From the NCBI GenBank assembly GCA_021787845.1, contig JAJYLH010000002.1, positions 217,073-281,072 of the forward strand: 64,000 bases of DNA. The letters are read 5' to 3'. Both the position numbers and the translations under genes were made by a program. Positions 1-9,733 of the stretch are shown here, in pieces (position 1 is the first letter of the stretch; each line of letters starts with the position of its first letter). The stretch comes from Myxococcales bacterium. Its GTDB lineage: Bacteria; Myxococcota; Myxococcia; Myxococcales; JAJYLH01. The notes below the pieces were generated by a model that saw nothing but the letters and a program-made list of their open reading frames with translations, ran no database searches and was not told where the DNA came from.

Positions 1-1304
1 TCGGGATGGACCGGGAAGAACCAGGTACGAACCAGGTTCTTGATGCAGGCGGCGACGTCGTCGTTGCCCATCGTGTTCTCGTCGATGGAGACCCCGGTGA
101 CCCGGCCCTGGGTGGTGATGGTGAAGCTGACCACGATTTTGCCCTTCAGGGTCGGGTCGAGCTTGAGCTGCTGGTCGTAGCAACCCTCCAGCGCCTTCTT
201 CCGGTACTGGATGTAGCGGGCGAGCGACTCCTTGTCGACGCTGGTCGACTCGACGTCGATGCCGCCGGAGTCGATGCTGATGTTGGGGACCACCATTCGC
301 CGCCGCTCGGCGAGGGAGGCGTGGTGACCGCCGCCGGCGGCGCTGCCCAAGTCGCCGATTCCGACGGGGCCGCTGCCGCCCGCGAGGCCCTTGCGCTCCC
401 CCAGGTCCGCGCCCGTCGCGATCTTCACGCCGCCCGCGCCGGCCAGCGCCTGACCGATGTCGTTGCTGAACCCGTTCGACTGCTGGAAGAGGTTCTGGAG
501 CGCTCCCGAGCCTCCATTCGAGCCGAGCACGTTGAGCAGGCCCTTCTTCTGCACCTCCGCCGCGAGCTTCGCCTTCCTCGCCGCCTCTTCGGCCGCCTTC
601 TGCTCCGGGGTCTCCGCGGCCTTGGCTTCCGCCTGCTTCTTCCGGTCCTCGGCCCGTTTCTTCGCCTCCTCCTCCGCCTTCTTCTTCGCTTCCTCGGCGG
701 CCTTCTTGGCGGCGGCGTCGTCCTGTTTCTTGGGCTTCTGCGGCATGATGATCTCCGCGAAGCGATCCAAGTCGGCCTGCGTCGGCCGGTCGACGCCCGG
801 GTCGGGGCGCCGCTGGACGGCAGCGATGCCGCCCGCCTCCAACACCACGACCGCCACCAGCGCGAAGGTGAAGATGAAATCCAGCCCGCTGAAGAGCCCC
901 GTCTTGGCGGACGCGGGCAAGGTCCGCTTGGGCGGCGGGGGCGGCTTGTAGGTGACGTGGAAGAAGAAGGTCGCGTCGCCCAGCGCCACCCAGCCGCGGG
1001 TCGTGTCGGGCAGGTCGAGGGCGAAGCCGTACGTCGTCCGGTGGCCCTTGGCCGCGAGGTGCCCCAAGCTCTCGCGCTTCTTGCCGTCCAGCGCCACCTC
1101 GCCGTTCATCCCGTCGGTGACGTGGAGGGTCGGATGCTTCTGCTTGAAGCCGATGAGGACGTGCTCGCGGGGGAGGTTCGACCCGATGAGGGCGATGGTG
1201 TTCTTGCCCGAGCTGCCGACGGTGACCTGGCCCTTCTCCGGAACGTAGCGGTCGTCGACGAGCTTGCCGCCGCGCCAGACGCCGATGTGAAGGAAGTTCT
1301 TCAT
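1..1304 (-). CDS. FHA-like N-terminal domain, TM segment, Lys/Glu/Ala-rich linker and TonB-C-like C-terminal domain protein (GltG/PglI-like); gene continues past the window start
   Basis: Reverse-strand translation from the ATG complement at 1302-1304 gives MKNFLHIGVWRGGKLVDDRYVPEKGQVTVGSSGKNTIALIG...HVLIGF, which resembles a degenerate FHA domain. A hydrophobic segment FIFTFALVAVVVL follows, then a long KKAAEEAKKKAEEEAKK linker. The C-terminal block GKIVVSFTITTQGRVTGVSIDEN resembles a TonB-C domain. Codon position 3 is strongly G/C. The overlapping plus-strand ORF 6..1496 is antisense. Confidence 0.6.
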   Translation of the reverse strand, partial: MKNFLHIGVWRGGKLVDDRYVPEKGQVTVGSSGKNTIALIGSNLPREHVLIGFKQKHPTLHVTDGMNGEVALDGKKRESLGHLAAKGHRTTYGFALDLPDTTRGWVALGDATFFFHVTYKPPPPPKRTLPASAKTGLFSGLDFIFTFALVAVVVLEAGGIAAVQRRPDPGVDRPTQADLDRFAEIIMPQKPKKQDDAAAKKAAEEAKKKAEEEAKKRAEDRKKQAEAKAAETPEQKAAEEAARKAKLAAEVQKKGLLNVLGSNGGSGALQNLFQQSNGFSNDIGQALAGAGGVKIATGADLGERKGLAGGSGPVGIGDLGSAAGGGHHASLAERRRMVVPNISIDSGGIDVESTSVDKESLARYIQYRKKALEGCYDQQLKLDPTLKGKIVVSFTITTQGRVTGVSIDENTMGNDDVAACIKNLVRTWFFPVHP

Positions 1305-1476
1305 CCGAGCCCTCGCCTTTGGACCGCTCCCTCAAGGACCGGCTCTGGCCGCCGAACAGCCGAGACCTCGCGCCTTCGACGAGGCCCGACCTTATACCAC
1401 GCCGAAAGAGACCGGTGGCGACCGCCGCCGGTTCCCTTCCTGGGCGGCTCACGAGCGCATCCCCGGGCGACTCTCG

Positions 1477-1716
1477 TCAGAAGGGGTCCTGCTTGAGCGC
1501 CTGGGTGATCTTCGGCAGGAAGGTCTCCTTGCGCGTCAGGCTCTTGTAGTTCAAGGGCGAGCGGGGAAGGATGTAGAAGGCTTCCGGCTTCTGGATGTGG
1601 CCTTCCACCTTGATTTCGGAGAGGCGGATGACGTGCCGCCGGGCGGTCGATTGCGCCGACGCCGTCAGGCCCGTCGCCATCGCCAGGAAGAACGCCACCA
1701 TCCGCCGCATCCGCAT
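1477..1716 (-). CDS. Small secreted protein (about 79 aa) with a signal peptide; occupies the position of GltF in the Glt G1 gene order
   Basis: ORF 1477..1752 on the minus strand. Internal start MRMRRMVAFFLAMATGLTASA is preceded by a GGAGA Shine-Dalgarno-like sequence and has a hydrophobic signal peptide. Lies between the TPR lipoprotein gene and the TonB-C gene. Confidence 0.4.
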   Translation of the reverse strand: MRMRRMVAFFLAMATGLTASAQSTARRHVIRLSEIKVEGHIQKPEAFYILPRSPLNYKSLTRKETFLPKITQALKQDPF

Positions 1717-1777
1717 CTTCTCTCCTCGCGAGGCCATGGCCGCCGCCGGCATCGGCGCGTGCTGACCCGAAGCGCTC

Positions 1778-3334
1778 CTATCCTCCGGGTCCCCCGAGCT
1801 TCTCCAGGGCAGGGGCGGGAGGCGTCGAGGCGGGCGCTTCGGTCGGCGCCGGCGTCGGCGCCTTCGCCGGCGGGGTCAGGTCGATGTCCGACAGGCCGCC
1901 CACCTTGTTCGCCTCGATGTACGCCGCTTCCTTCTTCGCCTCGGCCGCCGCCTTCTCCGCCGCGAGCTTCTTTTCCTCGGCCCGCTTCTTCTTCTCCTCG
2001 GCTTCCCGGAACTTCATCTCGCCGAGGCGCTTGAGCCGGGCGTTCTCGTCCACGACCTTCTTCTGCGCTTCCGCATAGTAGCGGCCCAGCCGGGAGTCGT
2101 CGCCGCCCGCGGCCCGGTACTTGTCGAAGAAGGCGAGGCTCTTCTCCAGGCGGTCGAGCTTGGGCAGGACCTTGCCGTCCTTCCCCTTGACGTCGCTGTC
2201 GAGGTAGAGGATCGCGAGGTTGAAGTAGGGGTCGCTCATCGAGCTGTCGAGCGCGAGCGCTTTTTCGTACTCCGCTTTCGCCTCGTCGAACCGGCGGGCG
2301 CAGCGGTAGGCGTTGCCCAGGTTCAGGTGGGCCTGGGCGTAGTCGGGAGCGTACCGGACGGCGAGGGAGAGCTCGCGGGTCGCGTCCTCGCAGTCGTTGA
2401 CCTCGTTGAGCATCACCCCGTAGTTGTTGTGCGCTTCGGGGAAGTCCTCCCGCAGGGCGGCGGCCCTCTTGAAGCTCTCGAGGGCGAGGGGCTTCTCCTC
2501 GAGGCCGAGCTGGCAGAACGCGAGGAGGTTCCACACCGCCGGGTCGTTCGGGCTGATCGTCTTCGCGTTGTCCAGCACCTGCGCGGCCAGCTCGTACTTC
2601 TTCTCGCCGTACCAGACGGTGGCGAGGTTGACCATCGCGTCGGTGTTGCGCTCGTCGACCTTGAGCACCTGCTTCGACTCGGCCTCGGCGGCGTCCAGGC
2701 GTCCCTCGGCGATCATCACCCGCACGAGCTGGTTGCGGAACGGGATGTCCCGCGGATGGGCGAGGATGCGCTGGCGCAGCTCCGCCTCCGCCCGCTGCTC
2801 CTCGTGGTTGCGCAGGAACAGCCGGGTGAGGTTCGCGCTCGCGTCGTCGTAGTCGGGCTTCAGGCTGAGCGCGGTCTCGTACTCGTCGACCGCCTTCTGG
2901 TCCTCGCCCTGGCGCTCGTAGAGGACGCCGAGGTTGTAGTGGCCGGCCCACGACTGCGGCATCTGTTTCGCCGCCCGCTGGTAGATGCCCATCGCCACCT
3001 GGTCCTTGCCCGCCTGCAGCGCCCGAAAGCCGTTCTGGAACATCAGGGTCAGCCGCGACTGGTCCGCCTTCGCCGCTTCGGCCGCCTTCTTGCGTTCCTC
3101 CGCCTTGGCCTCGAGCTCTTGCTCCTCGCGCTGCCGGAGCTTCCCGGCCGCCTTTTCCTGCTCGGCGGGCGAGAGCGTCTTCGCGGCCGGCGGCTTCGGC
3201 GCGGGCGCCGCCTTTTTCGGGAGGGCTCGAGCGGTGCCGGGCGGCGGCGTCTTCTTGACCTGCGTCGCGGGGGTCGCGCAGCCGAGGAAGGCGAGAGCGC
3301 CGGCGCCGATGGCGAGGGCGAGGCGGCGGGTCAT
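1778..3334 (-). CDS. TPR-repeat lipoprotein (519 aa) with a C-terminal Lys/Glu-rich coiled-coil and Pro-rich tail (GltE/AglT-like)
   Basis: The internal Met of ORF 1778..4078 gives MTRRLALAIGAGALAFLGCATP, with a lipobox LGC. The ATG at 3332-3334 overlaps the upstream gene stop as ATGA. The protein carries multiple TPR-like helical repeats (YNLGVLYERQGEDQKAVDEYETALSLKPDY and others). Confidence 0.7.
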   Translation of the reverse strand: MTRRLALAIGAGALAFLGCATPATQVKKTPPPGTARALPKKAAPAPKPPAAKTLSPAEQEKAAGKLRQREEQELEAKAEERKKAAEAAKADQSRLTLMFQNGFRALQAGKDQVAMGIYQRAAKQMPQSWAGHYNLGVLYERQGEDQKAVDEYETALSLKPDYDDASANLTRLFLRNHEEQRAEAELRQRILAHPRDIPFRNQLVRVMIAEGRLDAAEAESKQVLKVDERNTDAMVNLATVWYGEKKYELAAQVLDNAKTISPNDPAVWNLLAFCQLGLEEKPLALESFKRAAALREDFPEAHNNYGVMLNEVNDCEDATRELSLAVRYAPDYAQAHLNLGNAYRCARRFDEAKAEYEKALALDSSMSDPYFNLAILYLDSDVKGKDGKVLPKLDRLEKSLAFFDKYRAAGGDDSRLGRYYAEAQKKVVDENARLKRLGEMKFREAEEKKKRAEEKKLAAEKAAAEAKKEAAYIEANKVGGLSDIDLTPPAKAPTPAPTEAPASTPPAPALEKLGGPGG

Positions 3335-6300
3335 GGCCCGCCTCCCGGGAGCGGCGCGCTGATCGGCGTTCTGGAGGGCGGCACCGCTTTCGGTGGGGGT
3401 GCCGGGGCGGGCGCGATGGCGGTCGTGGTGCCCGGCGCGGGAGTGCCGCCGGCCGGCGCCGGAGCGAGGATGGCGGCCGGGCTCCCGATGCCCGCCGGAC
3501 CGGGCGCGGCGCCGACGACCACCCGGAAGGGCGTGGTGTAGGTGCCCTGCTGGGTCGTGACCTGGACGGGACCGCTCTTGGCCCCCGCGGGGACCTGAAC
3601 GGTCAGCGTGGTGGCCGTGGCCGTCAGGACGTGCAGCTCCAGCTCGCCGAGCTTTAGCGCGATGGCCGCCGGGTCGGTGCCGAAATTCTGACCCGAGACG
3701 GTGAGCGTCTGGCCGACCTGCGCCTCGCGGGGAACGACGTTCTGGATGGTCGGCGCCTGGGTGGCGAGGTCGGCCTTGTACTCGACCGGCTTGACCCCGG
3801 AGGCGTCGGCGGCGAGCGGCAGCGCGCTCAGGTCGTCGAAGATGAGCTTGGCGCGCGGGTCCTTGAGCGCGATGCAGTCGGAGGGCGAGACCTCGCAGAC
3901 CTTTTCGCTCGTCAGCTTGGTCCACTGGTCGGAGATGCGGACCTGCTTCGCCTTGGTCTGCGCGGTGACGTAGGCGTTGGTCGCCTTGTCCAGAATCGGC
4001 GCCACCAGGTTCCCGACCTGGGCGAGGTACATGCCGCAGGCCTCGTCGCCGCCCAGCGCCTTGACTTCCGGTGGGCACGGCGCGCTCGTCAGCTTGTTCG
4101 CGAACTCCTCGTACAGGTTACCGATGCGGAAGAGGGCGGCCATCATCCACTCGGGCCACTGGTACCTGACGATCACGGTCTCGTAGTCCTTCTTCACCTC
4201 GTCGAGCTTCTGGGCGAGGGCGGTGAGCTGGGTCTTCATCTCCCGGGTCAGGCGCTTGCCGCGCCCGCGAGGGTCGAAGCGCATCCGCTTGAAGGCCTGG
4301 TACTCCTCTTCGACCAGCTCGAACTTGGCCTTGGAGGCCGCGCTCGCCGCCAAGAAGTTCTGCGGGGTCATCCGCTTCTGGTCGAAGGCCCGGACCGAAG
4401 AGGCGTACGCCTGGAGCGCCTGCCGCGGCTTCTCCAGGTCTTCGTAGGCGTCACCGATGCGCTGGTAGGCCTCGACGATTTTCTCCGCCTGCTTGGGCTT
4501 GCGGTCGTAACGACGGATGAAGGCCTGGAGCCGGTCGATCATCCCCTGCTCGTCGTGCATCCGCTGGTACATGAGAACGCCGCGGTACTCCATGTCGGGG
4601 GCGTCCGGTTGGTCCGGGAACCACTTGGCGTAGTCGCGATAGGCGTCCGCCGCTTCCTGGTAGCGCTGCATCGCCTCCAGATCCTTGGCGGCGTTGAACT
4701 GGGCGCTGACCCGGTCCTGATGGAACGCGGGCTTCGTGTAGCTGCGCACGAGCAGTTCGTAGTCCTTGATCGCCTTGTCGAAGTCGAACGCCTTCTCCGC
4801 GTTCTCCGCCACCGAGAAGAGCGATTTCTCGGCGAGGTCGCTCTTCGGATAGTTGGTGTAGAGCCGCTCGTAGGTGTTCATCGCGCTGTCGAACTTGCGC
4901 TCGGCGTTGTAGCAGGCGGCGGCGTTGTAGAGCGCCTTGTCCGCGTCGACCCACGGCTGCTTCGCCTCGCCGCTCTTGAGCTCCCGCTCCGTGTCGTCGA
5001 CGATGCTCAGGTAGAGCTTGGCGGCCTCGTCCCACTCTTGCTTCTGCATCGCCTGGTTCGCCCGCTCGAACCGGGCGCCGTACTTCAGGAGGCGGACCTT
5101 CTCGAACTTCGCGGGGTCCGCCTGGACGAGCTTGGACTCCTTGAGCATCCGGCTTGCGGTCTCTTCCACCTTCGGCCAGTTCTTGACGAGCAGGTAGCTC
5201 GTGAGGATGTCGTCGTAGGCGTTGCCGGCCTGGACCGAATTCGGGTAGCGCTTGATCACGTCCTCGTCCCGCTGCCGGGAGACGTCGAAGTGGAAGTAGG
5301 TGAAGTAGGTCAGCGCGGCCGCGTAGGACAAGAGGGGCGCGTCATTCGCCGTCGGAATCCGTTGCAGGTAGGTGTCCGCCGCCTGGATCAGCGCGAGGCG
5401 AATCGGTGGAATCGCCACCGGCTTGAAGCCCTTTACGTCCTTGCAGCTCTCGGCGGTACAGGGCTCGCGGGGCTGGAGCACCTGGTTCTGCTCCTCCTGC
5501 TCGATCTCCTTCTGGTACGACAGCACCACGTAGTAGGCCGCGTCCGCCAAGTACTTGTCGTCCTCGTTCGAGTCGCGCACCCGGGCGTACTCCTTGGCGG
5601 CGGCAAGGAACTGGAGCGAATGGAACAGCGTATCCGCGTGATAGAACTCGATTTCATAGAGATTCTTGGTATGGGAGAAAGCGGTCAGGAAGTCGCCATA
5701 GCCCTTGGCGGCTTTCTGGTACTCCTGGAACGCCAGCGCGGCGAGCTGCACTTTCTTCTCCGGCGGCGTCTTCGGATCCGCGGCCTCTTTCTCGTACTCG
5801 ATCGCCTGCTCGTGATGGTACTGGGCGGTCGCGAGCAGGCTGTTGCGCACGAGCTCGGTCGCCGCCTGAATCACGTCGTGGTCGGCCTGGTTCGCCTTGG
5901 CCCAGGCGCTCTTCGGACCATAGCGGTCGACCAGCGCCTGCCGCTCCGCGAACGCCTGATCCTTGTCGCCGGCGCGCGCGTAGCACTCGACGATGCGCTC
6001 GTCCACCTTGGGCGCGCCCGGCGCGTTCGGGTCTCGCTCGAGCACGATGCGGTAGGCGTCGACCGCCGCCAGGTACTTGGTCGAGTCGAACAGCACGTCG
6101 CCCAGCCGCTTGAACAGCTCTCCCTCGTAGGGCCGGTCTCCGATGCGCTGGAAGTAGGCGACGAGCTTCTGCACTCCGAGGAAACGGACGGTCCCATCGG
6201 GGTTCTTCACCGTCCCGCCCCAGGTGTCGTCGGCAAAGGAGATGGCCGTGTACTGCATCGCCTCCTTCCACAGCTCGCCGCCCCCGGCCTCCGCGTTCTT

Positions 6301-7314
6301 CTTGCGCTCCGAGTAGTAGTCGAGGAGCTTCACGAACGCGTCGACGCCATGGTCGAAGTCGTTCAATCGGTAGTAGGACCAGCCGAGCTTGTAGAGCGCC
6401 TTGTCGTAGAGCGGCGACTTCGGAAAAGCGAGCACGTGCTGGTAGGCGCCGGCCGCTTTCGCCATCCGCACCCGCGGGTCCCCGGGGCTCGTGTCGTTGA
6501 AGTAGTACTCGCCGATGCGCATCCACGCCTCGGGCACGTGCCGCGAATCCGGGTACTTCGCAATCAGCGTCCGGAAGGTGTCCCGTGCTTCCTTCCCCTC
6601 GCCCTGCTCGTTCAAACACCACCCGAGCAGATAGTAGATGGTGTCGATCAACCGGTACCGCGGGAAGCGGGTGATGATCTGCTGGTAGAGGGCGATGGAC
6701 TTGTCGAAGTTTTCCGCGCCGGTGGGCGGGGTACCGGCCGTGCCGAGCTTGGCCGCTTCTTCATAGGCCGCCAGCACCTGGTCCGCGTCGTCGACGCTCT
6801 TTTCATAGTATAGCTCGGCGAGGCGGGTCATCGCGTCGGCCGTGTAGCGCAGCGAGTCGGGATAGCGTTCCAGGAACCGCTCGAACAGGCCGATGGCGTC
6901 CAATCGATCGGTGCGCTCGTCGCTCTCCAGCTCGCGGATGCCCCGGTCGTACTCGCCGGAAATCCGACCCTTCTGCTCCTGGAACTGGCGCTCGATCACG
7001 TCCTGGGCGTCTTCCCGGTATTCCTTGACCTCGCTCTGGAAGGCCGCGAAGGCTCGGGAGAATTCCGCGAGGTCGGCCGCGCGCGCCTCGGTCGCGTCTT
7101 TCTTCTGCGGAGCGGTGACCGCGCTGATCGCGGTCGAGGGCAGCGCCGGCGCCACGACCTTGGGAGCGGTCGCCGCCGGCGCGGGTGCGCTCTCGGGGGG
7201 CGTCACCAGGGTCTTCGGCGGCGAAGGCTCGGGGCTGAACAGCTGCGCTCTCGCTCCCCACGAGAGGCCCAGGACGGCGACGAGCGCCAGACCCGCCCGG
7301 CCGCTAGTCCGCAT
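3331..7314 (-). CDS. Large secreted TPR-repeat protein (1327 aa) with a C-terminal IPT/TIG-like domain (GltD/AgmU-like)
   Basis: Signal peptide MRTSGRAGLALVAVLGLSWGARAQ. TPR-like repeats recur throughout the protein. The C-terminus has an Ig-like fold, VVPREAQVGQTLTVSGQNFG...GPVQVTTQQGTYTTPFRVVV. The gene overlaps both neighbouring genes, which is operon-style coupling. Confidence 0.75.
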   Translation of the reverse strand: MRTSGRAGLALVAVLGLSWGARAQLFSPEPSPPKTLVTPPESAPAPAATAPKVVAPALPSTAISAVTAPQKKDATEARAADLAEFSRAFAAFQSEVKEYREDAQDVIERQFQEQKGRISGEYDRGIRELESDERTDRLDAIGLFERFLERYPDSLRYTADAMTRLAELYYEKSVDDADQVLAAYEEAAKLGTAGTPPTGAENFDKSIALYQQIITRFPRYRLIDTIYYLLGWCLNEQGEGKEARDTFRTLIAKYPDSRHVPEAWMRIGEYYFNDTSPGDPRVRMAKAAGAYQHVLAFPKSPLYDKALYKLGWSYYRLNDFDHGVDAFVKLLDYYSERKKNAEAGGGELWKEAMQYTAISFADDTWGGTVKNPDGTVRFLGVQKLVAYFQRIGDRPYEGELFKRLGDVLFDSTKYLAAVDAYRIVLERDPNAPGAPKVDERIVECYARAGDKDQAFAERQALVDRYGPKSAWAKANQADHDVIQAATELVRNSLLATAQYHHEQAIEYEKEAADPKTPPEKKVQLAALAFQEYQKAAKGYGDFLTAFSHTKNLYEIEFYHADTLFHSLQFLAAAKEYARVRDSNEDDKYLADAAYYVVLSYQKEIEQEEQNQVLQPREPCTAESCKDVKGFKPVAIPPIRLALIQAADTYLQRIPTANDAPLLSYAAALTYFTYFHFDVSRQRDEDVIKRYPNSVQAGNAYDDILTSYLLVKNWPKVEETASRMLKESKLVQADPAKFEKVRLLKYGARFERANQAMQKQEWDEAAKLYLSIVDDTERELKSGEAKQPWVDADKALYNAAACYNAERKFDSAMNTYERLYTNYPKSDLAEKSLFSVAENAEKAFDFDKAIKDYELLVRSYTKPAFHQDRVSAQFNAAKDLEAMQRYQEAADAYRDYAKWFPDQPDAPDMEYRGVLMYQRMHDEQGMIDRLQAFIRRYDRKPKQAEKIVEAYQRIGDAYEDLEKPRQALQAYASSVRAFDQKRMTPQNFLAASAASKAKFELVEEEYQAFKRMRFDPRGRGKRLTREMKTQLTALAQKLDEVKKDYETVIVRYQWPEWMMAALFRIGNLYEEFANKLTSAPCPPEVKALGGDEACGMYLAQVGNLVAPILDKATNAYVTAQTKAKQVRISDQWTKLTSEKVCEVSPSDCIALKDPRAKLIFDDLSALPLAADASGVKPVEYKADLATQAPTIQNVVPREAQVGQTLTVSGQNFGTDPAAIALKLGELELHVLTATATTLTVQVPAGAKSGPVQVTTQQGTYTTPFRVVVGAAPGPAGIGSPAAILAPAPAGGTPAPGTTTAIAPAPAPPPKAVPPSRTPISAPLPGGGP

Positions 7315-9733
7315 CGTGCAGGACCTCGTTGAAGCGCTCTTCCAGCCGGTGAATCGCCTTGCTCTTCTCCTTTCCGAGCACCACGATCCGGTCGGTCTTG
7401 TCCTGCTTCTTCGCCCAGGCGACGTCGATGATGCCGACGTCGGCCTTCAGGACGATGTCGTGGAACTGGGCGCCGACCCGGTGGAAGGCGTTGTACGCGA
7501 TGGCGCCCAGGAGGTGATGGCTCTTCAGGTCGACGCCGTCCACCTGGCGCTGGTAGCCGTCGAGGACGGCCTCCTGCTGGGCGACCTCCTTGCGATAGGC
7601 GTCGGCCCGGTCGTCGGCCTTGGTCCGCATCTGGCCGCGCAGGCTCGCGAGCTCGGTCTGGAGAGACTCGATTTCCCCACGGGCTTGCTGCACCCGGGCG
7701 AGGAGCGGCCGGCTATCCCCGGGGACGTAGGGCATCGCCTTCTCGATGAGCTCCTGCATCGCGTCGAGCTGCTGGCGGTACTTCTCGCGCAGTTGCTCCT
7801 CGAGCTGCCCACCGCTCGCCTGGCTCGCGGCGGTTTCCCGCTCGGTCGCAATCTGGTCGACGACCGTCTGCCGCTGCGCGTCGAGCTGATCGATCAGCCG
7901 GGCGAACTCGGAGAACTCCGTCCGCCGTTCCTGGTCCAGCTCGGGGTTCGGCTTGCGCTCGGCGCGGGTCGAATTCCAGTAGTACTGGAGCCCCACCAGG
8001 TTCGCCCGCAGCTCCGCCATCTTGTCCCGCAGCCGGAACGCGAGCCGGTCGAGGGCGTCGATGCGCTCCAGGAACCGCTCCTTGCGATCTTCGTACTCGG
8101 CCTGCGTCTTGGGGAGGAGCTTGAACTTCTGGTCCAGCCTCTCCCGGGCGGACTCCAGGTCGGCGAGGCTCTTCTCGAGGCCGGCGGGCAGGCTCGACCC
8201 GAGCAGCTTCATCTCCAGCCGGACGAGCTCGCTCTCGAGGGACTCCAGCTCGTTCGATTGCTCGATGGCGAGGCTGTTGCCCTCGCGCAGCTCCGGGAAG
8301 CGGTCGAGCCGGGCGCTCTGGAGGGCGTCGAGGATGCGCCGGGCCAGCTTCCGGCTCGCCTCGATGCCGCTCTGGTCCTGCGAGAGCTCGCTCGCGATGA
8401 CGTGCGCGTCCTTGACCTGCTGGTCGAACTGGACGAACGGCCGCGCCGGCTCGGGCAGGAGCCCCAGCACGTCCACCTTGGGACCGGCGTGCTCCAAGAG
8501 CTGGTCGAAGTAGGACACCGGGTCCGGCCGGGACAAGAGCGCCCGAATCTGCTGGTAGACCGGCGAGTAGGTCGACACGACGTCGTTGAACGTCGCCGAG
8601 GCCTTGCCGTATTGCTTGAGCTCGAGCTGGAGGTTTCCCTGGAGCACCTGCGCGTTGGGCGCCACCTGGCTGTCCCGGCCGATGATCAAGAGGATGTCCG
8701 CGGTCTGGAGAGCGAGCTCGTAATTGCCCATCTTCACGAAGGTCGCCGCGGTCTCGAAGAGGGCCTCGTTGTACTCGGCCGAGTTCCGGGACACCTCGTT
8801 GTAGTGATCGGCCGCCTGGGAGAGCTTCCCCTCTTCGAAGAGAATCCGCGCCAGGGCGAGGTTCGCGAGGTTCTTCGCCTTCGCCAGCTCCTTGCCGCCG
8901 GAGGCAGCGGGCAACGCCAGAATCTGCTCTTCGAACCCGGCCGCCTGCCCCAGAGCCCGCGCCTTGTCCTTCGTGAGCTCAGCCTGAAGCGCCGGTTCTT
9001 GCTCCGGCGGATCCTTCTTCTGCAAGGCGGCGACCTGCGCCTCGTCGGTCTGCGCCTCGAGCACCTCGAGCGCGCCCCGGAAGTACAGCGCCGGCGCGAG
9101 GTAGCGCCCCCGCGTCACTTGCGCGAACTCCTGGTCCGCCCGGCCGATGCGCACGTCCTGGGGGAGATCCTGGCGCTTGGCGATCCACTTCGCGTAGAGG
9201 TAGGTGACCTCGGGACGGGTCCTGCCCGCGGCTTGCGCTACCGCGAAGTACTTGTCCACCCCCTCGGCATCGCCGGTCTTGTCCGCCAGGTCGATCAGCC
9301 GCACGATCGAATCCTCGTAGAGCTCGCCCACCGGCAGCACCTGCACCGCCTGCCGGAAATAGCGCAGCGCGTCCAGGTACGACTGGGTCTGGTAGAACGA
9401 CTCGGCGAGGTAGTAGAGCGCTCGTGCCTCGTGCGGACCAGCCTGGAACTCGGGCACGTCCACCACTTCCAACAACAGCGCCGCGCACCCCTCGAAGTTG
9501 TCGAGCAGGAACTGGGTCTCCGCCTCCGAGAAGCGCTGGTTCGCCTTGGCGAGCGCCGGTTGCCCGCTCTTCTCCACGTACTCCCGCACCAGCCCCAGGC
9601 GCTGGCGCACCTGAGAGATGCTCGCCTCGACGCGGTCGAGAGTGCGCGCGTCGTCCTCGGCGGCCCGCGCGCGGGCCCCGAGGGAAAGCGGCACCCAGAC
9701 GAGCACCGCCAGGAGGGCGGCGCGTCCGGTCAC
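7304..9733 (-). CDS. Secreted TPR and coiled-coil protein (809 aa)
   Basis: GTG start at 9731-9733 overlaps the stop of the upstream gene as GTGA. Signal peptide LLAVLVWVPLSLGARARA. N-terminal TPR-like repeats are followed by a long coiled-coil region. Confidence 0.65.
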   Translation of the reverse strand: MTGRAALLAVLVWVPLSLGARARAAEDDARTLDRVEASISQVRQRLGLVREYVEKSGQPALAKANQRFSEAETQFLLDNFEGCAALLLEVVDVPEFQAGPHEARALYYLAESFYQTQSYLDALRYFRQAVQVLPVGELYEDSIVRLIDLADKTGDAEGVDKYFAVAQAAGRTRPEVTYLYAKWIAKRQDLPQDVRIGRADQEFAQVTRGRYLAPALYFRGALEVLEAQTDEAQVAALQKKDPPEQEPALQAELTKDKARALGQAAGFEEQILALPAASGGKELAKAKNLANLALARILFEEGKLSQAADHYNEVSRNSAEYNEALFETAATFVKMGNYELALQTADILLIIGRDSQVAPNAQVLQGNLQLELKQYGKASATFNDVVSTYSPVYQQIRALLSRPDPVSYFDQLLEHAGPKVDVLGLLPEPARPFVQFDQQVKDAHVIASELSQDQSGIEASRKLARRILDALQSARLDRFPELREGNSLAIEQSNELESLESELVRLEMKLLGSSLPAGLEKSLADLESARERLDQKFKLLPKTQAEYEDRKERFLERIDALDRLAFRLRDKMAELRANLVGLQYYWNSTRAERKPNPELDQERRTEFSEFARLIDQLDAQRQTVVDQIATERETAASQASGGQLEEQLREKYRQQLDAMQELIEKAMPYVPGDSRPLLARVQQARGEIESLQTELASLRGQMRTKADDRADAYRKEVAQQEAVLDGYQRQVDGVDLKSHHLLGAIAYNAFHRVGAQFHDIVLKADVGIIDVAWAKKQDKTDRIVVLGKEKSKAIHRLEERFNEVLHDAD

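Noticed and set aside
6-1496. Plus-strand 496-aa ORF
   Set aside because: Antisense to the FHA/TonB-C gene. Its translation is Arg/Gly/Leu-rich low-complexity, and the complementary strand shows strong G/C at codon position 3 plus recognisable domains.
4555-6813. Plus-strand 752-aa ORF
   Set aside because: Antisense shadow ORF within the 1327-aa TPR gene. Composition is typical of GC-rich non-coding frames (RLVE repeats).
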